A stretch of DNA of 64,000 nt from Deltaproteobacteria bacterium (lineage in GTDB: Bacteria; Myxococcota_A; Polyangia; Polyangiales; Houyiibacteriaceae). The notes under the pieces are model-generated. The model ran no database searches. It saw only the letters and a program-made list of their open reading frames with translations, and had not been told where the DNA came from. The stretch is from contig JAXMNT010000039.1 in NCBI GenBank assembly GCA_034670305.1, forward strand, positions 1 through 64,000, written 5' to 3'. Both the position numbers and the translations under genes were made by a program. Position 1 is the first letter of the stretch. Each line of letters starts with the position of its first letter. Positions 47,212 to 57,501 of this stretch are shown here, piece by piece.

Positions 47212-49094
47212 GCACGCGCAAGAGACGTGGCGGCAAGGTCCAGCAACAACCCCCGCACGGCCGCATCCGGCGCAGTCAGATGGTGACCACGTTCGGCCCA
47301 GGCGCGATGGTCGACCTCGTCGACCAGGCAGTGCTCATCGGGGGTCTCGACTACTGGGCCTACCCCACCGACGAGCCCGAGCCGGTGCTGCACGAGCCAA
47401 GGTTGGTCGACGCGCTCAGTGCCCGGATGCGATTGGCCGGCATCACCCTGAGCGAGTCGAAGCCATTCAAGCAGCCCCCGGCGGGCGGCGACGAGAGCGG
47501 CAAACACAACGGTGTACGGGTGCTCGAGTTTCCGCAGCGCTTCGTCTGCCAGAATCCGCGGTGCCGGCGGCTCCTGTGGAAGAGCGAACTGCGTCCGGTC
47601 GACGGGCGCTATTGGCACGACTGCGGCACCGGGAAGTCGCTGCGGATGGAGTGCGTGCCGGTTCGGTTCCTGGGCGCGTGCCGCAAGGGACATTGCCAAG
47701 AGTGGGAGTGGGACTCGTTTGCCCACATGCACGGGGCCGAATGCCGGGCGAGCCAGCTCGTACTCGAGGAGGGCGCGACCGGCGACTTCAGCGAGATCAC
47801 CGTGCGGTGCCTGACCTGCAAAGGGCCGCCTCAACAGTTGGTGGTCGCGCTGCCGAGCGCCAACAAGGACCAAGGGCTCTTCAAGTGCAAGGGGCACCGT
47901 CCCTGGCTTGGCGGAGATGCAGACGAGAAGTGCGAGGAGTGGCTGCGGCTGCTCGTCCGCACCGCGAGCAACTCGTACTTCTCGCAGGTGGTCAGCGCGT
48001 TGACCGTGCCGGAACCGGGCAAGGATCTGGACGACGTCCTCGGCGTGCATTGGGCCACGTTGCAGGCTGCGACGGACGTGAGCCTTCCCGCGTTCCGCAC
48101 GATTCCGGACATCGGCCGCGCGCTCGAAGGATGGGACGACGACACCGTGCTGCGCGCGGTGCAGGCGAAAATCGCCGGCGCTGCCACAGCGCGGGAGCCG
48201 CTGCGCACCGCGGAGTTCAAACAGTTCGTGGCGCAGCCGGTCGAAGAGCCTGGCGAACGTCCCGGGCCCGAGGAGTTCTTCGCGCGCCAGCTCGCGGTGG
48301 GGGACCCGCTGCCACATGTCGCGCGCATCGTGCTCGCCTCGAAGCTCCGAGAAGTCCGCGCACAGATCGGGTTCACCCGACTGGAGCCGTCGACGCCGGA
48401 CCTCCAGGGCGAATACGACCTCGCCGTCGAGTCCGCACCGCTCGGCCTGAACACCGACTGGCTCCCCGCGACCGAAGTACTCGGCGAAGGGGTGTTCCTT
48501 CAGATCTCGGAAGCCAGCCTTGAAGCGTGGGAAGCGCGGCCCGCGGTGAAGAAGCGCGAGAACGAACTGGACGCCGGCTACGCCGCCTGGCGCAAGACGC
48601 TGCAGCCAGAGTCTCAGGAGCGGACGCCCGGGTTCCCGGGCGCCCGCTACTACATGCTGCACTCGCTCTCGCACCTGCTCATCAGCGCGATCAGCCTGGA
48701 GTGCGGCTACAGCGCGAGCGCGATCAAAGAACGCATCTACTGCAGCCCGCCCGGCACGGATCCCGCCGGTCGCATGGCGGCGATTCTCTTGTCGACCGGC
48801 AGCTCGGGCAGCGAGGGCACGCTCGGTGGACTCGTCGAACAAGGACGCCGGCTGCTGCCGCATCTGCAGTTCGCGTGGGACCTCGGCCGGCTGTGTGCGA
48901 ACGACCCGGTCTGCGCCGGTCACTCACCCGAGAAGGACCACGCCGAACGGTTCCTCGAAGGGGCCGCGTGCCACGGATGCCTCTTCGTCGCGGAGACGAG
49001 CTGCGAGCGGTTCAACCGGTTCCTCGACCGGAGCCTCGTCGTGCCAACGGTCGGGCGAGATCCGAAGCTGGCGTTCTTCTCGGAGCGCCCCTGA
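47208..49094 (+). CDS. drmB: DISARM DUF1998 protein DrmB
   Basis: IRRSQMVTTFGPGA, HSLSHLLI...ECGY, EGTLGGL, CANDPVC, AACHGC...ETSCE..NRFLDR. Confidence 0.92.
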   Translation: MSTRKRRGGKVQQQPPHGRIRRSQMVTTFGPGAMVDLVDQAVLIGGLDYWAYPTDEPEPVLHEPRLVDALSARMRLAGITLSESKPFKQPPAGGDESGKHNGVRVLEFPQRFVCQNPRCRRLLWKSELRPVDGRYWHDCGTGKSLRMECVPVRFLGACRKGHCQEWEWDSFAHMHGAECRASQLVLEEGATGDFSEITVRCLTCKGPPQQLVVALPSANKDQGLFKCKGHRPWLGGDADEKCEEWLRLLVRTASNSYFSQVVSALTVPEPGKDLDDVLGVHWATLQAATDVSLPAFRTIPDIGRALEGWDDDTVLRAVQAKIAGAATAREPLRTAEFKQFVAQPVEEPGERPGPEEFFARQLAVGDPLPHVARIVLASKLREVRAQIGFTRLEPSTPDLQGEYDLAVESAPLGLNTDWLPATEVLGEGVFLQISEASLEAWEARPAVKKRENELDAGYAAWRKTLQPESQERTPGFPGARYYMLHSLSHLLISAISLECGYSASAIKERIYCSPPGTDPAGRMAAILLSTGSSGSEGTLGGLVEQGRRLLPHLQFAWDLGRLCANDPVCAGHSPEKDHAERFLEGAACHGCLFVAETSCERFNRFLDRSLVVPTVGRDPKLAFFSERP

Positions 49095-49095
49095 A

Positions 49096-49860
49096 TTGGA
49101 TCTGCGCGACGTATCGCTCGGCACACTGAGGGCACTGCGCGCTGCGCTTGCGGGCCGCGCACTGGCGACACCGGTGACCGAGGCCGGCCTCAGTGGGGCG
49201 GGACTCGGCCGCAGCGCTCAGGCATTGGCGGCGCGACTGAGCGGATTCGACAGCGCTGCGCTAGAAACACTGCTCGACTGCGTGATCGCAGAGCGTGAAC
49301 ATCCGGGCGCGGCACTGGAGCTCGTGTGGACGGGCCCGGGAGGGCCGGCCGACCCCGTCCGCGACACCGGCGTCGTCATGCGTCAGCTCTTCGGCTTGGC
49401 GAGGGCTTCGGTGCTCGTCGCAGGCTTCCGCATCGACGACGGCGAGCAGCTCTTTCAGCCACTCCATCGCGTGATGACCGAACACGGCGTCGACGTCACC
49501 TTCATCGTCGACATCCACGCGAGCGCGCGGACTGAGGGCATGGCGGAAGCGGTGGCGCGGGCCGAGATCGATCGCGTGTTCGAGAAGCAGTGGCCGTTCG
49601 AAGGCGAACGACCGGCCATCTACTTCGACCCCCGCACCGCGGTGCGCGGCAGCGTGGACCGACCTTGGGCCAGCATGCATGCCAAGTGCATCGTCGTGGA
49701 CCGCCGTCACACCCTCATCACCAGCGCCAACTTCACCGACCGCGGCCAAACCCGGAACATCGAACTCGGCGTACGCATCGACGACCCCGACTTCGCCACC
49801 GAAGTCGACACCCGCTGGCGCACCCTCATCCGCCAAGGCCACCTCCTCCGCGCGAACTGA
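49096..49860 (+). CDS. drmC: DISARM phospholipase D-like nuclease DrmC
   Basis: LVWTGP, RDTGVV, MHAKCIVVD...TSANFT.RG..RNIELG; in-frame TTG just after the drmB stop (start approximate). Confidence 0.88.
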   Translation: MDLRDVSLGTLRALRAALAGRALATPVTEAGLSGAGLGRSAQALAARLSGFDSAALETLLDCVIAEREHPGAALELVWTGPGGPADPVRDTGVVMRQLFGLARASVLVAGFRIDDGEQLFQPLHRVMTEHGVDVTFIVDIHASARTEGMAEAVARAEIDRVFEKQWPFEGERPAIYFDPRTAVRGSVDRPWASMHAKCIVVDRRHTLITSANFTDRGQTRNIELGVRIDDPDFATEVDTRWRTLIRQGHLLRAN

Positions 49861-49889
49861 GTTCCCTTGAGGCGAGCCGCACGGCCGGC

Positions 49890-50834
49890 TCAGCCTTCGG
49901 CGATGCCGGCCGTGAACCGCGCACGGCCGTTGGAGGTCGAGTGGGCCGCGGCAGCGGCCATGATCTCACGTGCCCGTTTGGACTTGAACCCAATCAACTT
50001 CACGATGTAGGTCCCCTCCTGCGTCTGCGCGAAGGTGAGCAGCCTGTCCTTGCTCAGGCCACGGCGGAGTTTCAGGTGCTTACCCCTCCCGAAGTTGATG
50101 TTGAGGGTGTTGTCGCCGTGGTTCAGCTTCACCGTGGCGGAAGCGAACTCGCCTTCGAACTCCACCATGATCGCGGCTTTCTGGCCCGCGTCGTGAAGGT
50201 TGAAGAAGAACCCGAATCGCCCCGGACACTGGATGCTGCTGCCACTGCCGCCGCGTGGTGATGCCCTGACGGCAAAGATGGCACCGGGTCGTGGCAAGCC
50301 GGGCCCGCCGGTCGGTCGGGGTGGTTGTGGTCGGTCCGCGTACATGCGCTCGTAGCGATCGATCCAGGCTCCATCGGGTTCAAACGCAAGGGGTCCGCCC
50401 CACGCCACGTCGAAGAACTCGATGAGATCTGCAAGGGGACCCTCGTCCCTGGCGCCCTCCACCAGAAGGTTCAGCTCCGTGTTGCTGCCGAAACCGCCGG
50501 ACGTGAAGTTGGACGAGCCGACAATAGCGCGGGCCACGCCGGCCCTGACGCCGAGCATGAGCTTAGGGTGGAACACCCCCTCAGTGTCTTCGACCACACG
50601 CAGTCGATCCGGGACCTCCGCAAGCTGCCGCAATGCCCATGGTTCAGTCTGAGCAAAGTGGATTCCGATCAGGGCTCTGGAGACTCGGCTCATGGGAAGG
50701 CCCTGCCAGTGCAGTGCGGCACCCCCGGATGCGGTCGCCCACGCGTAAGCGATTCGCAGATCCGTGGCCCAGTGTCCCAATCCTGCCGCAGCGTCGCGGA
50801 GCATACCTGGACGCCACAGCACCTCGATCCTCAT
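49890..50834 (-). CDS. PLD-family (NgoFVII/BfiI-like) putative restriction endonuclease
   Basis: IAYAWAT, IGIHFAQTEP, GVFHPKL...VGSSNFTSGG..NTELN. Confidence 0.7.
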   Translation of the reverse strand: MRIEVLWRPGMLRDAAAGLGHWATDLRIAYAWATASGGAALHWQGLPMSRVSRALIGIHFAQTEPWALRQLAEVPDRLRVVEDTEGVFHPKLMLGVRAGVARAIVGSSNFTSGGFGSNTELNLLVEGARDEGPLADLIEFFDVAWGGPLAFEPDGAWIDRYERMYADRPQPPRPTGGPGLPRPGAIFAVRASPRGGSGSSIQCPGRFGFFFNLHDAGQKAAIMVEFEGEFASATVKLNHGDNTLNINFGRGKHLKLRRGLSKDRLLTFAQTQEGTYIVKLIGFKSKRAREIMAAAAAHSTSNGRARFTAGIAEG

Positions 50835-50978
50835 GGGGTCCCTGGCTCGCCATGGATCGCCAGGCTTGGACTCGCGAACCTGGGTCCAAGCTGTCGTAGT
50901 TCGCGGATGTCTCGCACCGGCTGAATCCCACCTCGATACATGGTCGGGAGTCAACTGCGAGTCAGTGGGACGGAACTG

Positions 50979-51003
50979 AAAAACCCCGCTTTGCGCGGGG
51001 TTT
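50979..51003 (-). terminator. Rho-independent terminator downstream of tRNA-Phe
   Basis: Minus strand AAACCCCGC-GCAAA-GCGGGGTTTTT hairpin plus U-tract. Confidence 0.75.
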
Positions 51004-51008
51004 GGGGG

Positions 51009-51081
51009 TGCCCAGACCAGGAATCGAACCAGGGACACGGGGATTTTCAATCCCCTGCTCTACCAACTGAGCTATCTGGGC
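51009..51081 (-). tRNA. tRNA-Phe (GAA), CCA not encoded
   Basis: GCCCAGATAGCTCAGTTGGTAGAGCAGGGGATTGAAAATCCCCGTGTCCCTGGTTCGATTCCTGGTCTGGGCA cloverleaf. Confidence 0.97.
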
Positions 51082-51266
51082 ATCTCCGTTTGGAGAGGCG
51101 GGAGCCTAGCGATACGAGGCGGGCTGTCAACTCACTTTGCGATGGGTGGCGGTGGGTCGATCGGATGCGCGCGGTGCAGGTACGCTCGCGGGATGGGGCG
51201 GTGTTCGAGATGGTTGGGCCGGGTGGGTTGTGGTCTGCGCGGCGGGTTGTCGCGTTGAGGTCGCGG

Positions 51267-52715
51267 ATGGGTGTTTGGGCTTGGTGCGGGTGTGCGGTCG
51301 CGGTGGCGCTCGGTGGGTGTGGGTCGGAGGCGCGGGTTCAACCGGCGACCGAAACGGCACCTCCTCCGCAGGAGCCGGCGCGGCCAGTTGCAGCATCCTC
51401 GCCGGAGCTTCCGGCGGTGCCGAGTCCGGCGGCGATCGCGACGGGGGTGCCGCCGAGCCATCTCAATCCTTGGGCGGCGGCGCCGGATCTCGATGCGCCG
51501 GTGGTGGTGGGGATCGAGGGGGGGCCGCTGGTGTTCTTCTCGAACGCTGCGCCGGCTGAGATCCGGTTGCTGGATGCGGTGGGCGGGGCGCCGCGGCGGT
51601 ATCCGAACACGCTGGGCGAGGTGCGGGTGGCGGCGGCGACGGACGACGGCGGCGTGGTGGTCGTGTCGGTGGACGACGAGGTTCGGCTGCTTCGGCTGTC
51701 GCCGGATGCGGCGCCTTCGGTGGTTTGGTCGGTGGCGTTTTTGGAACGGGTCTCGTTCGTCCGCACGGTGGGCCACTCGGTTTGGGTGATGGCGCAGGGC
51801 CGGGTGACGAGCCTGGATGTAGCTACGGGCGAGCGCCGCTGGCAGGCGGCGGGCATCGATGCGCGGGGCGGGTTCGGTGTGGTGTACCTGACGCGCGAGG
51901 AAGCGCTGGCGGAGGGGGCGGACGAGCCGGCCGACGCGATGGGCGTCGAGACGGTCGCGGTGGAGGAGGCGACGGGGGTGGAACGCTTTCGGGTGCCGGG
52001 CGCGGCACGGCTGGCGTTTCCGGGCGGGGTGGTGGTGTCGTCGCGCCGCTCGGGCCAGGTGGTGGGGGACGATGGTCGGGTGATGCGGGGGCTCTCGGAG
52101 CATCCGGGCAACGGCTTCGTCGACGGCGACGAGGTGCTGCTCTCGCTCTCTGCGGAGGGGGAGGTCGGCACGTTGAAGTCGTTCGATGCGGCGACGTTCG
52201 AGCCGCGGTGGTCGACCGAGATCTTCGGGTACCCGAACTTGGTCTACGCGGCCGAGGATGCGGTGTACGTGTACGTGCTCGAGCGGGGGGCGCTGCTGGT
52301 GTTCGATCGGTCGGGGACTTCGCTCGGGCTCGACGAGCTGCTCGCGCCGAACGAGATGGTGGCGGCGTGGTCGCCGGCCGATCGCGCGCCGGTGTTCGTG
52401 GCGAAGGACAGCGCGTTCGCGCGACAGGCGTCGCCGGCGGTCCGGTTCCAGGTGCAGGTGTCCGGGGTGGCGCGCGACGCGGCGGGGCGGCCGCTGGCGG
52501 GCAGGTACTTGTGGTTGGGCAGCCAGGGGACCCAGACCGACCGGCGGGGGCGGTACACGATCTCGGGGCAGGTGCGGGACCGGCTGCAGCTGATTCCGAT
52601 GGCGACGCCGCGGCTCGCTGCGGACTGGTTTCAAGTCGAGGTGTCGGAGCCGGTCGAGCTCGAGCACGATTTCGTGTTCGGCGAGCCCATCATCGGCGGC
52701 ATGACCGGGATTTGA
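51267..52715 (+). CDS. PQQ-like beta-propeller lipoprotein (paralog of 2475-3959)
   Basis: LGGC lipobox; ATGVPPSHL, ATGERRW, ATGVERFR, SFDAATFEPRWST shared with the 2475 gene. Start uncertain. Confidence 0.75.
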   Translation: MGVWAWCGCAVAVALGGCGSEARVQPATETAPPPQEPARPVAASSPELPAVPSPAAIATGVPPSHLNPWAAAPDLDAPVVVGIEGGPLVFFSNAAPAEIRLLDAVGGAPRRYPNTLGEVRVAAATDDGGVVVVSVDDEVRLLRLSPDAAPSVVWSVAFLERVSFVRTVGHSVWVMAQGRVTSLDVATGERRWQAAGIDARGGFGVVYLTREEALAEGADEPADAMGVETVAVEEATGVERFRVPGAARLAFPGGVVVSSRRSGQVVGDDGRVMRGLSEHPGNGFVDGDEVLLSLSAEGEVGTLKSFDAATFEPRWSTEIFGYPNLVYAAEDAVYVYVLERGALLVFDRSGTSLGLDELLAPNEMVAAWSPADRAPVFVAKDSAFARQASPAVRFQVQVSGVARDAAGRPLAGRYLWLGSQGTQTDRRGRYTISGQVRDRLQLIPMATPRLAADWFQVEVSEPVELEHDFVFGEPIIGGMTGI

Positions 52716-52782
52716 GCTCGGGCTGAGATCGCCGGCCGAGGGCTGGGTTACGGAATGAATCGCCATTCAGTAGACTCCGCCC

Positions 52783-54717
52783 ATGCGGTACTTCGTGACG
52801 GGTGGGACAGGGTTGATTGGGCGGCATCTGGTGCCGCGGCTGGCAGCGCGCGGACCGGTGACGGTGCTGGTGCGGGACCCGGCGCGGCACGAGGCGTTGC
52901 TCGAGTCGTGGGCGGGGCTCGACGTGACGGTGGTCGTTGGCGATGTCACGGCGCCTTCGCTCGGGCTCGCGGATCTGAGCGTGCTCGAGGTGGACCATGT
53001 GGTGCACGCGGCGGCGCTCTACGATCTGGATGCGTCCGCCGAAGCGCTCGAGGAAGTGAATGTCGGCGGGACGCGCGCGTTGCTCGCGCTGCTCGAGGCG
53101 CAGAAGTTCGGCGGCACGTTTCATCACCTGAGCTCCATCGCGGTGGCCGGTACGTTCAAAGGCACGTTCACCGAAACGATGCTCGACGCGAAGCAGACGT
53201 TGCCGCATCCGTACCACCGGTCGAAGTTCGATTCGGAGAAGCTCGTGCGCGCGACGACGGCGTTCGAGGTGCGCATCTACCGGCCGGGCGCGGTGGTGGG
53301 TCACTCGGTGACGGGCGAGACGATCCGCGCGGACGGTCCGTACTTCTTGTTCAAGACGATGCAGCGGCTCGGCCGCAACCTGCCGCGCTGGATGCCGCTG
53401 CTCGGACCGAAGGGGGCGCCGCTTCAGATGGTGCCGGTCGACTTCGTGGCGGACTGCATCGATCACGTCGCGCATGTGCCGGATCTCGGCGGCCAGACGT
53501 TTCATGTGGTGGACCCGAAGCCGCTCTCGTTTCGGCGCACGTTCAACCTGCTCGCCGAGGTCACGGGCGGGCCGAAGCTCGGGCGCAACTGGCTGCGTCC
53601 GCTCTGGGCGATGTCGCCGGCGAAACAGATGTTCGGGCAGCTCGGCGCGGTGCGCGCGTTTCGCGATTGGATGTACGAAGACGCGGGGGTGCCGCCGGTG
53701 GTGGCGGACTTGCTCAACGCGGAGGTCCGCTACGACACGACGAACGTGGCGGCGGCGCTCGAAGGCAGCGGCATCGAGTGTCCGCCGCAGGCGGCGTACA
53801 TCGAGCACCTGTACGACTACTGGCGCAAACATCTGGATCCGCACCGGGACGAAGAAGGGCGGCGCACGCGCGCGCTCGCCGGCAAGGTCGTGCTGATCAC
53901 GGGCGCGTCGAGCGGCATCGGGGAAGCGCTCGCGCACACGCTCGCGGGGTACGGCGCGAAGGTGATGTTGGTGGCGCGGCGGGAAGAAGAGCTCGCGCGG
54001 GTGGTGGCGGCGATCGAAGGGAAGGGCGGCGAGGCCGGGTTCGCGGCGGCGGACCTGACGGACTTCGACGCGTGCGACGCCGCGGTGGCGGAGACGCTCC
54101 GGAAGTTCGGCCGGGTGGATGTGCTCGTGAACAACGCGGGGCATTCGATCCGGCGGCCGCTCGCGGAGTCGCTCGAGCGCTTTCACGATCTCGAGCGGGT
54201 GATGTCGATCAACTACTTCGGTCCGGCGCGGTTGATGCGCGCGGTGCTGCCTTCGATGCGGGCGCAGCGGTCGGGCTGCGTGGTCAACGTGCTCTCGGCG
54301 GGCGCCAACATTCCGTCGCCGTGGTTCGGTGCGTACACGGCGAGCAAGGCGGCGCTCGGGCAGCTCGGCAACACGCTCGCGGCGGAGCATGCGCACGAGG
54401 GCATCCATGTCGCGAACGTGTTCCTGCCGTGGGTGCGCACGCCGATGATGGACGCGACCGGCGCTTACGAGGAGACCGACGCGATGACGCCCGAGGCGGC
54501 CTGCGACTGGATCCTGGAGGGCATCGTCGACAAGAAGCGGCTGGTCTTCGACGCGGAGATCCAGCGGCGGTTCGTGCTGGGGGTGGTGGCGCCGGCGTTC
54601 ATGGTGCGGATCACGAACGTGCTCAGCCGGATCTACGCCGACGACCCGAAGCAGCACCCGGAGCTCGATTTCGACCGGGCCATCCTGAAGAAGTTCGTCA
54701 AAGGCCGGATCATGTGA
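52783..54717 (+). CDS. Two-domain SDR oxidoreductase (thioester-reductase-like plus adh_short; fatty acyl-CoA reductase-like)
   Basis: VTGGTGLIG, YHRSK, RPGAVVG; ITGASSGIG, NNAGHSIRR, YTASK. Confidence 0.88.
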   Translation: MRYFVTGGTGLIGRHLVPRLAARGPVTVLVRDPARHEALLESWAGLDVTVVVGDVTAPSLGLADLSVLEVDHVVHAAALYDLDASAEALEEVNVGGTRALLALLEAQKFGGTFHHLSSIAVAGTFKGTFTETMLDAKQTLPHPYHRSKFDSEKLVRATTAFEVRIYRPGAVVGHSVTGETIRADGPYFLFKTMQRLGRNLPRWMPLLGPKGAPLQMVPVDFVADCIDHVAHVPDLGGQTFHVVDPKPLSFRRTFNLLAEVTGGPKLGRNWLRPLWAMSPAKQMFGQLGAVRAFRDWMYEDAGVPPVVADLLNAEVRYDTTNVAAALEGSGIECPPQAAYIEHLYDYWRKHLDPHRDEEGRRTRALAGKVVLITGASSGIGEALAHTLAGYGAKVMLVARREEELARVVAAIEGKGGEAGFAAADLTDFDACDAAVAETLRKFGRVDVLVNNAGHSIRRPLAESLERFHDLERVMSINYFGPARLMRAVLPSMRAQRSGCVVNVLSAGANIPSPWFGAYTASKAALGQLGNTLAAEHAHEGIHVANVFLPWVRTPMMDATGAYEETDAMTPEAACDWILEGIVDKKRLVFDAEIQRRFVLGVVAPAFMVRITNVLSRIYADDPKQHPELDFDRAILKKFVKGRIM

Positions 54718-54847
54718 GCAGTGCCCCGCAAGGCTGCGGGCCTGTGGGGAATCGCAGGGGGGTGCGTGGGTGGATCTCGGTGCGCGTGGTAGCGTCCGCG
54801 ATTCGCGTGGGGCGCTGCGAGCGTCGCAGCCTGCGCTGGGAGTGAAG

Positions 54848-55756
54848 ATGGAATCGGTCGTAGACGAACTGAGCGTGGGCGAGACGGACGAGGGTGCCCG
54901 CACGAAAAGCGCGCGGCGTCCCTGGTGGCAGTCTCAACCCTCCACCGCGTTCGCGCGCGACCCGTACTTCTACTTCAAGTACGACTTCGTCTGGCTGTGC
55001 CTGTTCTCCGCGGTCGTGGTGGCCGCGCACATGACCGGCTGGACCGGGCTCGGGCTCACCTGGACTTCGCTCTGGGCCATCCCGGCGCTCCTCGTCGGCT
55101 GCTACGTCCAGGTGCTCGCGGGCGTGTGCGTGCACAACTGCACCCACGGCAACTTTCCGCGCCCCATCAACCGACTGGTCGGTGAGACGCTCGGGGTGAT
55201 CATCGGCACGCGCTACGCCTCGTGGGAGATCCTCCACAAGCGCCACCACGCGTTCACGGACGACGTCGAGAAGGACCCGCATCCGCTCGAGCGCAGCTTC
55301 TGGAGCTTCTTCATCCGGAAGATGATCATGGGCCTCGAGACGAGCATTCGGAACCAGTCCTTCGAGCGCTTCGGCGAGACGCCGCGCATGGTGAAGCTCG
55401 ACAAGATGCGCACGGTGTTCTCGTTCTTGGTCGGCATGGTGATGCTGGCGTTCTGGCAAGCAGCGCTCGGCACGGTGGGCTTCTTCTACGCGTTCTTGCC
55501 CTCGCTCGTGGTCGGCGCGATCCACGTGAGCCACTTCAACTGGGCGACGCACCGCGGCTGGGCCGACGACGGCGACTTCCACCCGGTGAACCTGAACCAC
55601 GGCCTCTACAAGCTCGGGAACTTCCTGTGCTTCGGCCTCTACTTCCACGCGAACCACCACGCGTTCCCGACCTACTTCGATCCCGGCAAACTCCCGCCCG
55701 AGAAGGTCGCCCGCGTGGAACAGCGCCTCGCGGCGATGGCGCCGAAGACCGCCTAG
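54848..55756 (+). CDS. Fatty acid desaturase family protein
   Basis: His boxes HNCTH, HKRHH, HANHH with TM helices. Confidence 0.88.
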   Translation: MESVVDELSVGETDEGARTKSARRPWWQSQPSTAFARDPYFYFKYDFVWLCLFSAVVVAAHMTGWTGLGLTWTSLWAIPALLVGCYVQVLAGVCVHNCTHGNFPRPINRLVGETLGVIIGTRYASWEILHKRHHAFTDDVEKDPHPLERSFWSFFIRKMIMGLETSIRNQSFERFGETPRMVKLDKMRTVFSFLVGMVMLAFWQAALGTVGFFYAFLPSLVVGAIHVSHFNWATHRGWADDGDFHPVNLNHGLYKLGNFLCFGLYFHANHHAFPTYFDPGKLPPEKVARVEQRLAAMAPKTA

Positions 55757-55905
55757 CAGCTCGAAGAAGTCACCGAATCTCGGCGCGGACCATCGAGGGG
55801 TCGTCGATCTGCCAGCGCAAGAGCAACCAACGGACCGGGCGGGGGCGCACCGCGGCAGGGTAGCGTGGGACCACATCTTGCAGAACCGTGGGTCGAATGG
55901 GTGAC

Positions 55906-57195
55906 ATGCGACGTGTGGACGTGCGGAAGTTGACGGTGGTCTATCCCGCCGTCGTGGTTCTGGTTCTCTTGGCTGGCTGCTATCGGAGTCACGGCATCGA
56001 GGGCGGGCCCGTCGATGCGTCTGCGGACGCGCCGGTCCGCATCGATGCGCCCGGCACCGACGTGGGGCCAGACGCGCCGCGGCTCGACGCGGGCCCGGAC
56101 GCGATGGTGTTCGTGCCGCCGCGCACCCCGCGCACCGAGCGCTGCGACCTCGCGCGGCCGCCGACCTACGCGGGCGAGGCGCCCGTGGTCTGTGAGCGGC
56201 GCGGGGGCGACGCGGACCGCGACGGGTTTCCGGACGAGGTCGATTGCAACGACTGCAGCCCCCAGGTGAACCCGGGCGCGTACGACTTTCCGGACAACGG
56301 CGTCGACGAAGACTGCGACGGGCGCATCGACGAGCGCGCGTGTCTGGAGACGTTGACGCCCACCGGCCCGACCGGCGCGGAGACGCTCTTGGAAGGCATG
56401 GGGCTGTGTCCGGCGCTCGGATCGGGGCCGGGGGTGATGGCGTCTTCGTTGACCTTGGCCAACGGCAGCGGCGAACCCGACCCCATCCAAGCGGCGGTGC
56501 TCGGCGAGCTCGGCTCGATCACACCGCAGCGTGGCAGCCGGATGGCGTCGCTCTCGAACGGGGTGGCGACGGAGACGAGCCGGCTCGGCGACCGGTGTTT
56601 CGAGGGGACGATGACGACGCGCAGCGAGATTCCGAGCGGGGTGTCGATCGACGCGCCGCGCTGCCCGGGCATCACGCCGGACAGCATCGCGGTGGACTCG
56701 GTCAGCCTCGAGGTGACGCTCCGGGTGCCGACGAACGCGGCGGGGTTCCGCATCGGTTCGAACTTCTTCACGCGCGAGTACCCGGCGTTCATCTGCAGCC
56801 CGTTCAACGACGTGTTCGTCATGCTCCGGCAGCAAGAGGACGGCCGCTGGGAGAACCTCGCGTTCGACGACGAGGGCAACCCCATCAGCGTCAACAACGG
56901 GCTCTTCGAGATGTGCAGCCCAGGCACGTACGGCGGGCGCCGGTTCGATTGTCCGCGCGGGGTGCGCTCGTTGCTCGGCACCGGGTTCGAACTCAACTGC
57001 GACTCGTTCGTCGGCGCGGCGCGCGATCAGCCGGGCGGCGCGACGGACTGGTTGTGCACGGACGTTGCGACCGAGGCAGGGCAGGAGCTCACGCTGCGGT
57101 TCATCGTCTGGGACTCAGGGGACCACGTGCTCTCGTCGCTGGTGCTGCTCGACGGGTTCGCGTGGCTGCCGGCGGAGTTCGAGTCGACGCCCTGA
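55906..57195 (+). CDS. Lipoprotein with putative metal-binding (MopE-like) motif and choice-of-anchor L-like domain
   Basis: LAGC lipobox; DADRDGF..DCND...VNPGA...DNGVDEDCDG; EYP.F.CSPFNDVF; NPISVN; WDSGD. Confidence 0.75.
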   Translation: MRRVDVRKLTVVYPAVVVLVLLAGCYRSHGIEGGPVDASADAPVRIDAPGTDVGPDAPRLDAGPDAMVFVPPRTPRTERCDLARPPTYAGEAPVVCERRGGDADRDGFPDEVDCNDCSPQVNPGAYDFPDNGVDEDCDGRIDERACLETLTPTGPTGAETLLEGMGLCPALGSGPGVMASSLTLANGSGEPDPIQAAVLGELGSITPQRGSRMASLSNGVATETSRLGDRCFEGTMTTRSEIPSGVSIDAPRCPGITPDSIAVDSVSLEVTLRVPTNAAGFRIGSNFFTREYPAFICSPFNDVFVMLRQQEDGRWENLAFDDEGNPISVNNGLFEMCSPGTYGGRRFDCPRGVRSLLGTGFELNCDSFVGAARDQPGGATDWLCTDVATEAGQELTLRFIVWDSGDHVLSSLVLLDGFAWLPAEFESTP

Positions 57196-57271
57196 CCGTG
57201 CCGCCCTGACCGTGCCGCCCTGACCGTGCCGCCCTGACCGTGCCGCCCTGACCGTGCCGCCCTGACCGTGC
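57188..57271 (+). repeat. 14-bp tandem repeat CGCCCTGACCGTGC x6
   Basis: Directly visible, beginning across the stop codon of the upstream gene. Confidence 0.92.
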
Positions 57272-57501
57272 CAACCGTGCTCCGGAGGCGCGACTTGGGG
57301 CCAGTCGAGCGAAGCGAGGTAGGCCCGTGGTGACCATGAGAAACGGGCACCCACTGGTGTGGATGCCCGCGCAGGACGCAAGTCCGGTTGGTGGTGTACT
57401 CGTGTCCCGCGCGCAGGGTCCGAAGACCCTACGTTCCAGAACCCTCTTGCCGGTGGCCAGAGACCTGACCAGCCGACGCGAGACTCAGGCCGACTCGAGA
57501 C

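Noticed and set aside
50850-51010. Integrase or attL/attR next to tRNA-Phe
   Set aside because: No recombinase motifs in adjacent ORFs and no tRNA 3'-end repeat seen by eye; a computational search is still needed.
57188-57271. Possible CRISPR array
   Set aside because: 14-bp perfect tandem repeat without spacers.
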